From: Nitrosopumilaceae archaeon
GTDB taxonomy: Archaea; Thermoproteota; Nitrososphaeria; Nitrososphaerales; Nitrosopumilaceae
Length of the DNA stretch: 32,000 nt
Direction of reading: 5' to 3'
NCBI GenBank assembly: GCA_035631875.1
Contig: DASQHX010000009.1
Location: forward strand, 137,558-169,557
Below are positions 1 through 9,452 of this stretch, piece after piece. The position numbers and the translations under genes were made by a program. The notes beneath the pieces are model-generated. The model ran no database searches. It was given only the letters and a program-made list of their open reading frames with translations, and was not told where the DNA came from. Position 1 is the stretch's first letter. Each line of letters begins with the position of its first letter.

Positions 1-217
1 TTTTTGGATCAACAAAATATACAAGCGGTGAATGTACACCAAATGACTTGATATCAGAAATTATTTCAGATTCTCGTACTGTCCTTTGCATCCGTATTCT
101 TTTGTCAAGGATTTCATTGCGATAATCTTTTTTTTGTCTAATTTTTAAAATTGCTTTTTTTCCATCCCATATTGTGAGATAAATGTCAGCTTCTGCGCCT
201 TTTTTTAACAGTTTCAA
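1..217 (-). CDS. bud32: Bud32-type Kae1-associated kinase (KEOPS subunit), 5' part only; CDS continues beyond window start
   Basis: Absent from the ORF track because it is truncated. Own translation of the minus strand from TTG (215-217): LKLLKKGAEADIYLTIWDGKKAILKIRQKKDYRNEILDKRIRMQRTVRESEIISDIKSFGVHSPLVYFVDPK. The KGAEADI glycine-loop variant, the Lys in ILKIR and the YR..LD..IR..RT.RE block match archaeal Bud32/PRPK. It lies beside kae1. Confidence 0.75.
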   Translation of the reverse strand, partial: MKLLKKGAEADIYLTIWDGKKAILKIRQKKDYRNEILDKRIRMQRTVRESEIISDIKSFGVHSPLVYFVDPK

Positions 218-312
218 TAGCGTGTATACTAACTTAAAACGTAATTTAAATGACAATCCTTTCTATTTAACAGAAAATAGAGTTATAACATGTAGACGGA
301 GATCATACCATC

Positions 313-636
313 ATGGAAGATTCTGAAAAGAGGATAATGCAAGAAGACTGTTCCGAGGATTCATTAGGTATTGGAGTTTTGACACTAACAAATATGCGAA
401 TTGCCTTTGATAAGACAAAAGGTAGAATAGCAGATTTCTCAAAAAAAATTGGTGAGACGGTTCTTGATGTCAAGCTAAACCAGATTGTTGAGGCCGGTAA
501 AGAGGGCTGGTTAATAACAAAAGTCAGAATCAAAGTAAAAACAGATGATGATGAAAAGACGTACAAATTTGGTGTATTTAACACAGGCAAATGGCTCAAA
601 GCAATAGAAGAAGCCATATCAGCACAAAAAAACTAG
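313..636 (+). CDS. small cytosolic protein, PH/GRAM-like fold suspected
   Basis: 107-aa ORF with balanced composition. GVLTLTNMRIAF followed by beta-strand-like segments and a C-terminal helix (KWLKAIEEAI) resembles bacterial/archaeal PH-GRAM-like domains. The mirror ORF 303..617(-) is Ser/Leu-rich and looks like a shadow. Overlaps the kae1 3' end by 4 nt. Confidence 0.55.
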   Translation: MEDSEKRIMQEDCSEDSLGIGVLTLTNMRIAFDKTKGRIADFSKKIGETVLDVKLNQIVEAGKEGWLITKVRIKVKTDDDEKTYKFGVFNTGKWLKAIEEAISAQKN

Positions 637-1616
637 TACATTACCTCTACAGAATCTAGTCTCCAAGATTGTCTTACAAAAGTTTCCTCTAAAGGAACAC
701 CTTGTTTTTTGGAAGATTCCAGTAAACCTGTCCAAGAGATTTGAGAACCACAGTCACCTGCATATTGTCTTGGAGAAACAAAAAATTTGCAGTTGTGTCT
801 TTTGCAGACGCTTTGTAGAATTTCTGATAGTCTTTTGTTTGCAGCAACACCACCCACTATCAGTAATTCCTTTTTACCTGTAAATGAAAGCGCGCGTTCT
901 GTAGCTTCGCCAATCATTGCAAACGCAGTTTCTTGTAATGAAAAACAAGCATCCTCTAAACCCTTTGGCATTATTTGCTTTGTTGCAGAAAGAAGACCTG
1001 AAAATGAAACGTCATTTCCTTTTACTACATATGGGAGGTTAACATAATTGGTTGACTTTGACGCAAGCTCTTCAATTTTCGTTCCACATGGAGATGCAAA
1101 TCCAGCTGATCTTCCAATTTGATCTAAGAGTTGTCCTAGTGTAATGTCCAAGGTTTCTCCAAAGACTCTCCACTTTTTTGATAAAAATGCCAGGATCATG
1201 GTGTGGCCGCCAGAAACAAGCAATACCAAAGGATCTTTTGCTCCAGTTAGCATCTTTCCAAGCTCAATGTGGCCCAATGCATGGTTCACTGGATATACTG
1301 GAATTTTATAATATGATGCCAAAGATCTTGCAACAACTGCACCAATTCTCAGACAAGGTCCTAGCCCCGGTCCTGCAGCATATGAAATAATATCAAGATC
1401 GTTCATTTTTACGCCAGCTTTTTGTAGGCATTCTGAGAGAACTTCTGGTGAGTTTTCAGCATGATGTCTAGAAGCTTCACGTGGATGAATTCCCTCACCA
1501 TCAGGGGGTCGATAGATCTTTCTAATATCTGAAAGAATTTTTCCCTTCTTTCCTTTTTTTTCTAATATTGCACACGAAAATGTATGTGCAGTGCTTTCAA
1601 TTCCAAGGCCTAACAT
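633..1616 (-). CDS. kae1: tRNA N6-adenosine threonylcarbamoyltransferase Kae1 (KEOPS catalytic subunit)
   Basis: 327 aa. N-terminal LGIESTAHTFSCAI, HPREASRHH, AGPGLGPCLRIG, NHALGHIE and LLVSGGHT are the ASKHA-fold Kae1/OSGEP/TsaD signature blocks. ATG start at 1616. Confidence 0.92.
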   Translation of the reverse strand: MLGLGIESTAHTFSCAILEKKGKKGKILSDIRKIYRPPDGEGIHPREASRHHAENSPEVLSECLQKAGVKMNDLDIISYAAGPGLGPCLRIGAVVARSLASYYKIPVYPVNHALGHIELGKMLTGAKDPLVLLVSGGHTMILAFLSKKWRVFGETLDITLGQLLDQIGRSAGFASPCGTKIEELASKSTNYVNLPYVVKGNDVSFSGLLSATKQIMPKGLEDACFSLQETAFAMIGEATERALSFTGKKELLIVGGVAANKRLSEILQSVCKRHNCKFFVSPRQYAGDCGSQISWTGLLESSKKQGVPLEETFVRQSWRLDSVEVMY

Positions 1617-1617
1617 T

Positions 1618-2811
1618 TTATCCCCTGCTCAAAGTTGACACTATTTTGATAACATCCCCGTTTTTTAATTGATGCTGTGCCCCTATCCTCTGTTTTGTTT
1701 TAGCATCTACTGCATGCAAAAATCCCTTTGCCAAGTCAGCATGCACTGTCTGGGCCAAGTCTTTTGCTGTAGAACCTGGAAACAACAATCTTGCATCTGG
1801 CAATACTTCACCATCCTTGTTTGAAAGCTTGGTTTCATCTTCAACAGGATACACAGTGATTAGTTTGAGAAGATCAAAACATGCAGAATTTAAGATCTGC
1901 TGCACTCCTGTTGTTCCAATTTTAGTAATTACCTTGTTTGCAAGATCAAGAGCCTTTTGTTGTTGTGGGTTTAGATTTATTCCATCTTTTATCTTGAAGC
2001 TTTTTTCTCCTGGAGAATAATCAACGATACCACTCTTTGATGCCTTTCGTAAAAGCAGTTCTGTTTCTGCACTGCATGCAATTACTGGTCCATGTGCTTT
2101 TAGCTTATCAATTACAGACATATCATGACACAGATCTGCCTTGTTTGCAGCGATTATCATCGGTCTTGTTTTTTTTCTTAATTCTTTTACAAAGGTGTAC
2201 AGATCATTTTCAGTCCAATCTACAGGTTTTTTCATTTGCAGGTTTAGATGCTGAATTAAAATTTCAATGTCATATTCTTTTATGCCAAGTCCACTGAATC
2301 TTTGAGCTATTCCTTGCACAAGCTTTGCACCTTTGCTTTCCATTTCTCGCGTTAGCTTTTGCCATTCACGCTGCAGGATTTGTTTCATCCACTGATCAAA
2401 CTCTTCTTCAACAAATTTTGCATCCTCAAGTGGATCATGCGTTCCTGCGGGAATAGAGTGACCTAGAATATCAGTGGAACCGGAAGCATCAACTACATGA
2501 ATTAAAACTTCGGCTTGTCTTGCATCATCTAAAAATTTGTTGCCCAATCCCTTGCCCTCATGTGCACCAGGAACAAGACCTGCTACATCAATTAGTTTAA
2601 CAGGGATAAATCTAGTTCCTCCTACACAGAGAGGATGTTTGTGATTAATTCTAAAATGTTTGCATGCACATTCTGTCTTTACATATGCAATTCCTACATT
2701 TGGCTCAATTGTAGTAAACGGATAATTTCCAATTTGAGCAGTAGTCTCTGTTGCAGCTGAAAAAAAGGTAGATTTACCAACGTTTGTTTTGCCCAGCAGT
2801 CCTATTTGCAT
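1618..2811 (-). CDS. ychF: Obg-family P-loop NTPase, YchF/OLA1-like, with C-terminal TGS domain
   Basis: 397 aa. G1 [10 protein letters not shown]2 FTTIEP, G3 DVAGLV, NKAD (G4), C-terminal TGS-like GDVIKIVS. Its stop lies 1 nt from the kae1 start, so the two are probably co-transcribed. Confidence 0.85.
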   Translation of the reverse strand: MQIGLLGKTNVGKSTFFSAATETTAQIGNYPFTTIEPNVGIAYVKTECACKHFRINHKHPLCVGGTRFIPVKLIDVAGLVPGAHEGKGLGNKFLDDARQAEVLIHVVDASGSTDILGHSIPAGTHDPLEDAKFVEEEFDQWMKQILQREWQKLTREMESKGAKLVQGIAQRFSGLGIKEYDIEILIQHLNLQMKKPVDWTENDLYTFVKELRKKTRPMIIAANKADLCHDMSVIDKLKAHGPVIACSAETELLLRKASKSGIVDYSPGEKSFKIKDGINLNPQQQKALDLANKVITKIGTTGVQQILNSACFDLLKLITVYPVEDETKLSNKDGEVLPDARLLFPGSTAKDLAQTVHADLAKGFLHAVDAKTKQRIGAQHQLKNGDVIKIVSTLSRG

Positions 2812-2884
2812 GGGAATCTTTCTAATGGTTACTCTTATTAGTATTGCAGAAATCGTTTAATCCAATTTGATTTGATGGTATGTA

Positions 2885-3439
2885 TTGTCTAAAGTAATAA
2901 CTGGAAACCCCGGAGTGGGAAAACACACTGTAGCAAAACAGATTGCAAAGAATCTAGACCTTGACCTTATCGACATAAACGAGGTAGTTATAGAAAGCGG
3001 CATATTTGTGCGAAGGAAAGAAACACTAGATGTAGATACAAAAGATTTGCAAAAAATTCTAGAGAAAAAAATTACAACCCATTCTCTCATAGTAGGACAC
3101 TTGGCTCCATATGTAATACCAAGAAATAAAATCAAGACAGCAATAGTTCTAAGAAAAAGTCCATATAAGTTGATTTCTGTTTATAAAAAAAGAAAATACT
3201 CTAAACAAAAAACAATAGAAAATTTGGGAAGCGAGATTTTAGGAATAACATTTTATGATACTTTGAAAAAATTTGGTTCAGCAAAGACTCATCAAATTGA
3301 TACTAGTCTTAGTTCAGTTTCCAAAGTTGTTAAAAGAATCGAAGTGATTTTTGAAAAAAGTAAATTTCAAGAAGACCGAGTCGATTGGCTTGGATTAATT
3401 TCAAAAAAAGGAGATTTGAAGAGGTTCTTTCCCTACTAA
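2885..3439 (+). CDS. putative adenylate kinase / nucleoside-triphosphatase (AK6/Fap7-like)
   Basis: 184 aa, TTG start. The Walker A motif ITGNPGVGKHT sits at the extreme N terminus, and size and layout are typical of archaeal Fap7-type kinases. Confidence 0.7.
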   Translation: MSKVITGNPGVGKHTVAKQIAKNLDLDLIDINEVVIESGIFVRRKETLDVDTKDLQKILEKKITTHSLIVGHLAPYVIPRNKIKTAIVLRKSPYKLISVYKKRKYSKQKTIENLGSEILGITFYDTLKKFGSAKTHQIDTSLSSVSKVVKRIEVIFEKSKFQEDRVDWLGLISKKGDLKRFFPY

Positions 3440-3471
3440 CTTCAAATAATGCTCCACAGATGATATAAGAA

Positions 3472-4989
3472 ATGTTTGAGATTAAAAAGAGCGATCTTGC
3501 TGCCAGAATAGGAATATTACACACAAATCATGGCAAAATTGAGACGCCAGCCTATGTACCAGTGATTCATCCCGTAAAACAGACAATTCCTCCAAAAAAA
3601 ATTAGAGAGATGGGTTTTGATCTTGTCATAACAAATGCTTACATCACAATGAACAACTATGGAGATGAGGCAGCAAGACGTGGAATTCATGACATCATAA
3701 ATTATGATGGTGCAATAATGACAGATTCTGGTGGTTATCAAGTACTAGAATATGGAAAAGTTGACGTCGATCCCAAAGACATGGCGTTATTTGAACAAAA
3801 AATAAGAACTGATTTTGCAATTCCACTTGATAGACCAACTGGATATGGTCTTTCAAAAAAAAGAGCAAAGTCCTACGTCGATCACACGCTCAGAGTTTCC
3901 AAAGAAACTCTTGACAATTCTGAAGAAAACGGTCAGATCTGGCTAGGTCCAATTCAAGGTGGTGAGCACTTTGATCTAGTAAAGAGATCAACAAAAGCTT
4001 TGGTAGAATACGGGTTTAAGATGTTAGCTCTTGGCAGTCCAGTTGAATTCATGGAATCATATGAATACAAACTTCTTGCAAATATGATAATAACAGCTAA
4101 AAAACAAATACCTGATTCTATTCCTTTACATCTTTTTGGTGCAGGCCATCCATTAACAATTCCATTTGCCGTTGCTCTTGGATGTGACACATTTGATTCT
4201 GCATCATACATGCTCTATGCAAAACATGGCAGGTACATTATGGAAGATAGCACCATGAGACTAGAGGACATGGCATATTTTTCTTGTAATTGTGAAGTGT
4301 GTTCAAAACATACTCCAAGAGAAATCCAGTCACTTGAAAATGTAGAAAGGATAAACCAGGTTGCACTACACAACCTGTACGCAATAAAAGCTGAAGTGGA
4401 TAGGGTAAAAGAGGCCATTCATGAGGGAAGGTTGTGGGAATATGTTCTTAAAAAGGCCAGATCACATCCCAAGCTTTTCGAAACTATAGATGTCTTTACT
4501 GAAAATCATCAGTATTTTATGAATACCACTCCAAGATTCAAGGAAAAAGCCATCTTTTTGTACTTAAAGGAAGACCAGTACCGCCCAGAAATAGCAGCAT
4601 TTCATAATACGGTTCGTAATTTCAAGTCAACCAAGGATACTGTAATAATAATACCTGATGGGACAATGCGACCGTTTTATCTTTCAGAAGAATATAACAA
4701 ACTAAGAAAAAAATTTGCCAAAAATTATGATGACATTCAATTCTGTCAATTCAATCCCTTCCTTGGAATAATTCCACTTGAAATATCTGACATGTATCCA
4801 GCTGCACACTATGTTATGCCAAGAACATCATTTAGTGAAAATGAATTTCCAGAGTTTACAGATACTTGGAAGAAATTCTTTACAAACAATGGCTTTAAAA
4901 CCGCATACATTGCAAATGATAAATTTCTAAAACATTATGCAAAAATGCTTCCAAAAAAGATCAAAATAAAATTTCTTAATCGAATTTAA
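3472..4989 (+). CDS. tgtA: tRNA-guanine(15) transglycosylase (archaeosine tRNA-ribosyltransferase, ArcTGT)
   Basis: 505 aa. FEIKKSDLAARIG...HGKIETPAYVPV, TNAY, catalytic DSGGYQ, Zn site CNCEVCSKH; colinear with characterised ArcTGT catalytic domains. Confidence 0.88.
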   Translation: MFEIKKSDLAARIGILHTNHGKIETPAYVPVIHPVKQTIPPKKIREMGFDLVITNAYITMNNYGDEAARRGIHDIINYDGAIMTDSGGYQVLEYGKVDVDPKDMALFEQKIRTDFAIPLDRPTGYGLSKKRAKSYVDHTLRVSKETLDNSEENGQIWLGPIQGGEHFDLVKRSTKALVEYGFKMLALGSPVEFMESYEYKLLANMIITAKKQIPDSIPLHLFGAGHPLTIPFAVALGCDTFDSASYMLYAKHGRYIMEDSTMRLEDMAYFSCNCEVCSKHTPREIQSLENVERINQVALHNLYAIKAEVDRVKEAIHEGRLWEYVLKKARSHPKLFETIDVFTENHQYFMNTTPRFKEKAIFLYLKEDQYRPEIAAFHNTVRNFKSTKDTVIIIPDGTMRPFYLSEEYNKLRKKFAKNYDDIQFCQFNPFLGIIPLEISDMYPAAHYVMPRTSFSENEFPEFTDTWKKFFTNNGFKTAYIANDKFLKHYAKMLPKKIKIKFLNRI

Positions 4990-5023
4990 AAATAATAAAA
5001 AAGAGTGCGAGAACAGATTCCGC

Positions 5024-5344
5024 TTATAGTGCGGCGTCTTCTGCCCAGCCTTTTACGAATACTCCGTTCTTGTGGAGAGGAACTGGTTGACCAGCAGTGT
5101 AATTCATTGGTCTCATCCAAAAGATTGCTTTTGTTGGGCAAACTCCGATGCATGCACCGTCTGAGATGCATCTTTCTGGATAAAAGACAAATGCTTTACC
5201 TCTCTTCCAACCCTCAACGGGCTTGACACGAAGTACGTCTGGACCAAGAGAAGTACAGATCTCTACGCAAAGCGCACAGCCTATACATCTTTGTTCATCT
5301 ATGTCTGGAATGATTGCTATTGGCATTCTGTTTTTGATCTTCAC
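5024..5344 (-). CDS. 2x[4Fe-4S] ferredoxin-type protein
   Basis: 106 aa with two cluster motifs, CIGCALCVEIC and CISDGACIGVCP. GTG at 5344; alternative ATG at 5326 (MPIAII). Confidence 0.8.
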   Translation of the reverse strand: MKIKNRMPIAIIPDIDEQRCIGCALCVEICTSLGPDVLRVKPVEGWKRGKAFVFYPERCISDGACIGVCPTKAIFWMRPMNYTAGQPVPLHKNGVFVKGWAEDAAL

Positions 5345-5448
5345 CGTTTGCTATTTAAACCATCTGCAAAATCCATAACAGAGTTATAGAAATTTTTCAC
5401 AATAGAATATAGAAAATAAAAAACAAAAAAGAAAGTATAATGATTATT

Positions 5449-5670
5449 TTACTTCTTGGTTTGACGCATTGCGTCTATTTGTCCGCTCGTTACCCAATCA
5501 AGTAATTCAGCGGCAGAAGGATTTAGATCACCCTTTTGATTCATCATATTATGAACCCAAATCCAATTTATCTGGTTTAGTAATGGTTTGTTTCCCTCAT
5601 CGCCCTTTCGAACTTTGTCTCGAAGGTCTTTTGGGATGGTATTCCACCATTGTTCAAAGGTTCTACCCAT
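5449..5670 (-). CDS. small hypothetical protein (73 aa)
   Basis: ORF with balanced, Trp-rich soluble composition (FEQWWNTIPKDLRDK...). The overlapping plus-strand ORFs look like shadows. No function recognised. Confidence 0.45.
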   Translation of the reverse strand: MGRTFEQWWNTIPKDLRDKVRKGDEGNKPLLNQINWIWVHNMMNQKGDLNPSAAELLDWVTSGQIDAMRQTKK

Positions 5671-5785
5671 GGTCAGATCATCTTTATTTGATCTAATTAA
5701 GTCTTTTGTAAATTATAAAGATATTATAATTGACGGATTGAAAAACGCTAAAGGTTTAAAGGTCCTTTGAGAAGACTTTGAATTC

Positions 5786-7042
5786 TTGCAAGTAAAAGTA
5801 CTTGGGGCTGCCCAAGAGGTAGGTAGATCGGCATTTCAAGTTAATTGTGATGGCGCTAATTTTCTTTTGGACTATGGTGTTTCACTGGGAAAAGAACCAG
5901 CATATCCAATTCATGTAAGGCCCAAAGATATCAATGCAGTAATTATCACACATGCGCACCTTGACCACTCTGGTAACGTGCCGTCACTTTTTGTAAATGG
6001 CGGCACAGACGTTTATGCCACCGCACCAACACTTGATCTCTCTAGACTTTTGATCGAAGATATGTTAAGACTAGGAAAGAATTCTCTTCCTTTTGAATTT
6101 CCTGAAGTTACCAATATGATCATGCATTCTAAAGAGATAGAGTTCAAGCAAAAAATTACTCGCGGCAATGCCTCCTTTGAACTCCACGAGTCAGGACATG
6201 TTGTTGGTGGAGGTTCAGTCATAGTAGAATCTGGAGATAAGAGACTCTTCTATACTGGTGATATAAATCCACGAGGATCTAGAATGCTACGAGAAGCTGA
6301 TCTTGACTTTGGCGAAATTGATTTAATGATTACAGAAAGTACGTATTCCCAGACTGATCAGATGCCACGAGAAGAATCTGAGGAGAAATTCATTGAGTTT
6401 GCTTACGAGGTTTTAGACAGAAAAGGTTCTCTTTTCGTACCTTCGTTTTCTGTAGAAAGATCACAAGAAATTGCATGTGTCCTAAAAAACGCCAAATTCA
6501 AGCACAAAGTGATCATGGATGGAATGGCAGTCAAGGTTAATGAAATAATGCTTCGATATCCAGAATATTTACGTGATTCAAAGGTATTTGCAGATTCAAT
6601 CAACCATGCTGAATGGATAAGAGGAGAGCAGGAAAGAAAACGCGCTCTAAAAGAACCATGTGTAGTAATCTCCCCTGCTGGAATGTTAGTTGGCGGTTCT
6701 GCGGTTTATTATTTACAACAGCTAGCACTTGACAAAAAAAATGGGATAGCTCTTGTATCATATCAGGGTGAAGGCACACCTGGCAGAAAATTATTGGAGA
6801 CTGGCAAGGCGAACATTAGAGGAAACGATGTCAAAGCAGAAGCTGAAGTAAGACAATTCGAATTTTCTGGGCATGTTGATAGAACTGGTCTTTTTGACAT
6901 GATGAAACGAATCAAAGGAAATCCAAAAGTTCTGACGGTTCATGGAGACAGTGATTCATGTACTAAATTTGCAGAAGAGATTCATGAGAAGTTTGGGTTT
7001 GACGCCATAGCGCCAAAATTGGGCGATGAGATTACCGTTTAA
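5786..7042 (+). CDS. beta-CASP family metallo-beta-lactamase ribonuclease (aCPSF2-like)
   Basis: 418 aa, TTG start. HAHLDHSG (motif 2), ESTY, a later H and the C-terminal VHGD are typical of beta-CASP RNases. The length matches the short archaeal aCPSF2 group, which lacks KH domains. Confidence 0.85.
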   Translation: MQVKVLGAAQEVGRSAFQVNCDGANFLLDYGVSLGKEPAYPIHVRPKDINAVIITHAHLDHSGNVPSLFVNGGTDVYATAPTLDLSRLLIEDMLRLGKNSLPFEFPEVTNMIMHSKEIEFKQKITRGNASFELHESGHVVGGGSVIVESGDKRLFYTGDINPRGSRMLREADLDFGEIDLMITESTYSQTDQMPREESEEKFIEFAYEVLDRKGSLFVPSFSVERSQEIACVLKNAKFKHKVIMDGMAVKVNEIMLRYPEYLRDSKVFADSINHAEWIRGEQERKRALKEPCVVISPAGMLVGGSAVYYLQQLALDKKNGIALVSYQGEGTPGRKLLETGKANIRGNDVKAEAEVRQFEFSGHVDRTGLFDMMKRIKGNPKVLTVHGDSDSCTKFAEEIHEKFGFDAIAPKLGDEITV

Positions 7043-7043
7043 A

Positions 7044-7892
7044 ATGCAAGAATTTTCAAAAATAAATATAGATAGTACTATCAATAGCGGTCAAGTTTTT
7101 CTCTGGGACAAAATTGATGGAATATGGCATGGGATAAATGGTACAGAGGTTTTAAGAGTAGAACAAAATCCTTTTGATATAACTTCATCACAAAAAAAGG
7201 TCAGTAATTTTTTCAGACAAGATGACAATATGAAAAAAATTCTAAAAGAGATAAACAAAGACAGTCTTGTAAGATCTGCCGTAAAACACTTTCCAGGTCT
7301 AAGATTACTCAGACAAGATCCATTTCAATGCTATATCTCTTTTATTTGTTCATCAAATTCATCTATACAAAACATTAAACAAATGTTAAAACGACTTTGC
7401 CGAAAATTTGGTAAGAAAACAGATTTTGACGGTCATGAATTTTTTACTTTTCCTGATGTCGATAAGCTTGCAAAGGCCAGCCTGAATGATTTGCTTTCAT
7501 GCGGTCTTGGATTTAGAGCAAAATACGTAAAGAATGCGGCAATAACTGTTAATTCTGGTACCATAGAGTTTAATTTGTTAAAAAAAACAGATTATAATTC
7601 AGCAAAACAAGAATTAAAAGAGATTTACGGTATTGGGAATAAAGTTGCAGATTGCATACTCTTATTCTCACTTGAAAAATTAGAGGCATTTCCAATTGAT
7701 AGGTGGACACAAAGAATTCTCCAGAAATATTATTCAAAGAAATTTTCTGGTTTGATAGAAAAATCCCTCACGGAAAAAAATTATGAGTGTATCCATGAAA
7801 AAATCATAGAGTATTTTGGAGCATATGCAGGATATTCACAACAGTTTCTTTTCAAAATGGAAAGAGACCTAAACAAAAAAAGTTGGTTGTGA
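7044..7892 (+). CDS. ogg: 8-oxoguanine DNA glycosylase / AP lyase (HhH-GPD, Ogg family)
   Basis: SGQVFLW N-terminal motif, FICSSNSSI, helix-hairpin-helix GIGNKVADCILLF followed by PIDRW (catalytic Asp region). The ORF track starts at 7026, overlapping the upstream stop; the ATG at 7044 is equally possible. Confidence 0.8.
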   Translation: MQEFSKINIDSTINSGQVFLWDKIDGIWHGINGTEVLRVEQNPFDITSSQKKVSNFFRQDDNMKKILKEINKDSLVRSAVKHFPGLRLLRQDPFQCYISFICSSNSSIQNIKQMLKRLCRKFGKKTDFDGHEFFTFPDVDKLAKASLNDLLSCGLGFRAKYVKNAAITVNSGTIEFNLLKKTDYNSAKQELKEIYGIGNKVADCILLFSLEKLEAFPIDRWTQRILQKYYSKKFSGLIEKSLTEKNYECIHEKIIEYFGAYAGYSQQFLFKMERDLNKKSWL

Positions 7893-7899
7893 AAAACCC

Positions 7900-7906
7900 T
7901 TAATAT
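7900..7906 (+). promoter_or_regulatory. TATA-like box upstream of tRNA-Arg(TCT)
   Basis: ttaatat is centred about 25 nt upstream of the tRNA 5' end (7928), the usual archaeal TATA-to-start spacing. Sequence pattern only. Confidence 0.3.
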
Positions 7907-7927
7907 GGTAACCCAGTGCCCAATCTT

Positions 7928-8002
7928 GGGCCCGTAGCTCAGCTTGGACAGAGCACTGGACTTCTAATCCAGTGGTCAAGGGATCGAAGCCCTTCGGGCC
8001 CG
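7928..8002 (+). tRNA. tRNA-Arg (anticodon TCT)
   Basis: Hand-folded cloverleaf: acceptor gggcccg/cgggccc, D arm gctc-agcttggaca-gagc, anticodon arm ctgga-cttctaa-tccag (TCT at 7963-7965), variable loop tggtc, T arm aaggg-atcgaag-ccctt, discriminator g. No encoded CCA. Confidence 0.85.
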
Positions 8003-8003
8003 C
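7991..8003. repeat. attL core (tRNA 3' end) ccttcgggcccgc
   Basis: Recurs as ccttcgggtccgc at 15447-15459 (12/13). The extended alignment 7984-8003 vs 15440-15459 is 15/20. Confidence 0.65.
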
Positions 8004-8010
8004 TTTATCA

Positions 8011-8024
8011 GTTTTAGCGCGTCA
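8011..8024. repeat. left sub-terminal inverted repeat gttttagcgcgtca
   Basis: Perfect reverse complement of 15419-15432 (tgacgcgctaaaac), 14/14. Confidence 0.8.
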
Positions 8025-8081
8025 TGTGACTTTGTCAACTATTTTCCGTTCGAAATAGACAACATTTTGATTCTGTGTTAT

Positions 8082-9452
8082 TTATTCTGTTTTCTTGTCG
8101 CCAATTTTCTGCAACAATTTTTGCAACAGCTCCATTTCTTCTTGTGTTAGACTTCCAAGTTTTTCTTTTGTTTCTTCTTTTTGTTTTTCAAGTGGAGGAA
8201 CTTCACCTTTTTCCAGATCAAGAAATTCTTCACATCGACTAAATGCATTTCTCATTTCATCAATGAGCGAGTCTGGAAGAATTCCTTTGTTGGTTGTGTA
8301 CTTGGCTTCCATGTTTCCCTTGTGTCCCATAAAGAATACGCGAAAGTCATGTGCTATTTTTCCGCGAGATTCAGCGATGAGTAGTTGCGTGTCAAAGAAA
8401 GCTCTTAGCACATACGGTCTCCACAGAAATCTTGGTCGCATTGTTTTGTGAATTTCCCTGCGAATTGTCAATGTCTCCACGAATCTTTTGCCGATGTTTT
8501 CTCCTCTATGTCTGCCATACCTTGTGAAGGGCGCTATGACTGGAGATTCAGGCAGTAAAGATTCTCCCGAAATTAGCCTCTCATTTAGATAGGCTAACAG
8601 CCTCTTTGTTCCAAAGTCTGTCAGGAAGGTATAGTATTCGTGATCTGCTTTTGAGAGTGTCTTTCTTACCACGATTCTTGGCTGTTTACTTGCAAATGTA
8701 GCCAGACCTTCTTTTATGACAAGTTCAGGTAGATCCTTTATCATCAGCCCGTCTGTCGCGTTGTAGTTTCCCATCACTTCAGGTCTTAGACCAGCTTTGC
8801 CAATCAGTGACATTATGGCACCAGCCCTGAGATTTGCCCTGCTGAAAAGTTCTGCAAGTTCGTTTCCTTGTGGCACTCTCTCTTTTTCTAAAGTTGGCGT
8901 CGAGTCTACATTTGCTATCTTGATTCTTCTTTTTACGAAGACATCAAAATGATGCAGCCATGACTTTACCGCAGTTATGGTTCCCTTGATGTATTGTGGA
9001 GCATTGCCTCTGCTTTCCATCCATGATATGTGGTCTTGTAGAAGATCAGTTACTTCCCTGACGTCTTTGATTCCCAATTCTGCAACTTGCATCGGTGTGA
9101 TCTGATGATCCTCGCAGAATTTGCTCAGCCTTCTAAGATTTATCTCGGCTGAATTTGGACTACCTCTTGCTACATTTTTGTACCATCGTCTTACGTCTGG
9201 ATCGGCTAGCAGTCTTTCTTTCTTTGTTGGACTCTTTCGAACGGTTTGTGTCTTGTGTATTGTCTCGTTGTATGTCAATTTTTTTCCCACATCAGACCGC
9301 ACGGCTCTGCGGTCCTCATCAGAGAAAGCAAGTGAGTTTGTAGTATTTACCTTTTTTATGATCTGCTCACAATTTTTCAATACAACATTATTGAATTTAT
9401 AGCAGTGAAGGTACACTATATTATTGGGCAGAAAACCAAAAAACCAATTCAT
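8082..9452 (-). CDS. tyrosine recombinase / integrase
   Basis: Box I AGLRPEV; box II HDFRVFFMGHKGNMEAKY (H-x-x-R, H, catalytic Y). The gene reads toward the tRNA. The start is uncertain: TTG 9473 in the ORF track, ATG 9452, or an internal TTG near 9380 behind a tataaa at about 9392-9401. About 70 aa of acidic coiled-coil-like sequence follows the catalytic Tyr. Confidence 0.85.
   Translation of the reverse strand: MNWFFGFLPNNIVYLHCYKFNNVVLKNCEQIIKKVNTTNSLAFSDEDRRAVRSDVGKKLTYNETIHKTQTVRKSPTKKERLLADPDVRRWYKNVARGSPNSAEINLRRLSKFCEDHQITPMQVAELGIKDVREVTDLLQDHISWMESRGNAPQYIKGTITAVKSWLHHFDVFVKRRIKIANVDSTPTLEKERVPQGNELAELFSRANLRAGAIMSLIGKAGLRPEVMGNYNATDGLMIKDLPELVIKEGLATFASKQPRIVVRKTLSKADHEYYTFLTDFGTKRLLAYLNERLISGESLLPESPVIAPFTRYGRHRGENIGKRFVETLTIRREIHKTMRPRFLWRPYVLRAFFDTQLLIAESRGKIAHDFRVFFMGHKGNMEAKYTTNKGILPDSLIDEMRNAFSRCEEFLDLEKGEVPPLEKQKEETKEKLGSLTQEEMELLQKLLQKIGDKKTE

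Noticed and set aside
303-617. 104-aa minus-strand ORF mirroring 313..636
   Set aside because: It is Ser/Leu/Phe-rich and low-complexity, as expected for the antisense frame of an AT-rich gene. The plus-strand product has a coherent domain-like pattern. Kept only the plus ORF, at moderate confidence.
787-2297. ORFs 787..1047(+), 1178..1390(+), 1817..2020(+), 2037..2297(+)
   Set aside because: They lie entirely antisense within the strongly supported kae1 and ychF genes. These are shadow ORFs.
2857-4418. ORFs 2857..3135(-), 3330..3524(-), 3517..3741(-), 3954..4211(-), 4215..4418(-)
   Set aside because: They are antisense to the Fap7-like kinase and ArcTGT genes, with Cys/Ile/Phe-rich nonsense-like composition.
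4986-5770. ORFs 4986..5171(-), 5005..5226(+), 5469..5696(+), 5588..5770(+)
   Set aside because: They overlap the ferredoxin (two clear 4Fe-4S motifs) or the 73-aa minus ORF. Arg/Leu/Ser-rich composition suggests off-frame artefacts.
8039-8060. Hairpin ctattt-tccgttcg-aaatag downstream of the integrase stop, and an 11-nt inverted match (tcgaaatagac vs gtctatttcga at 13522-13532) to the cassette terminus
   Set aside because: The 6-bp AT-rich stem has no following T-run, and the single 11-mer match is in inverted orientation. It could be a terminator or chance, and is not strong enough to report as a feature.
8095-9402. ORFs 8095..8451(+), 8181..8384(+), 9121..9402(+), 9155..9343(+)
   Set aside because: They are antisense within the tyrosine recombinase gene, with Ser/Phe/Leu-rich composition.
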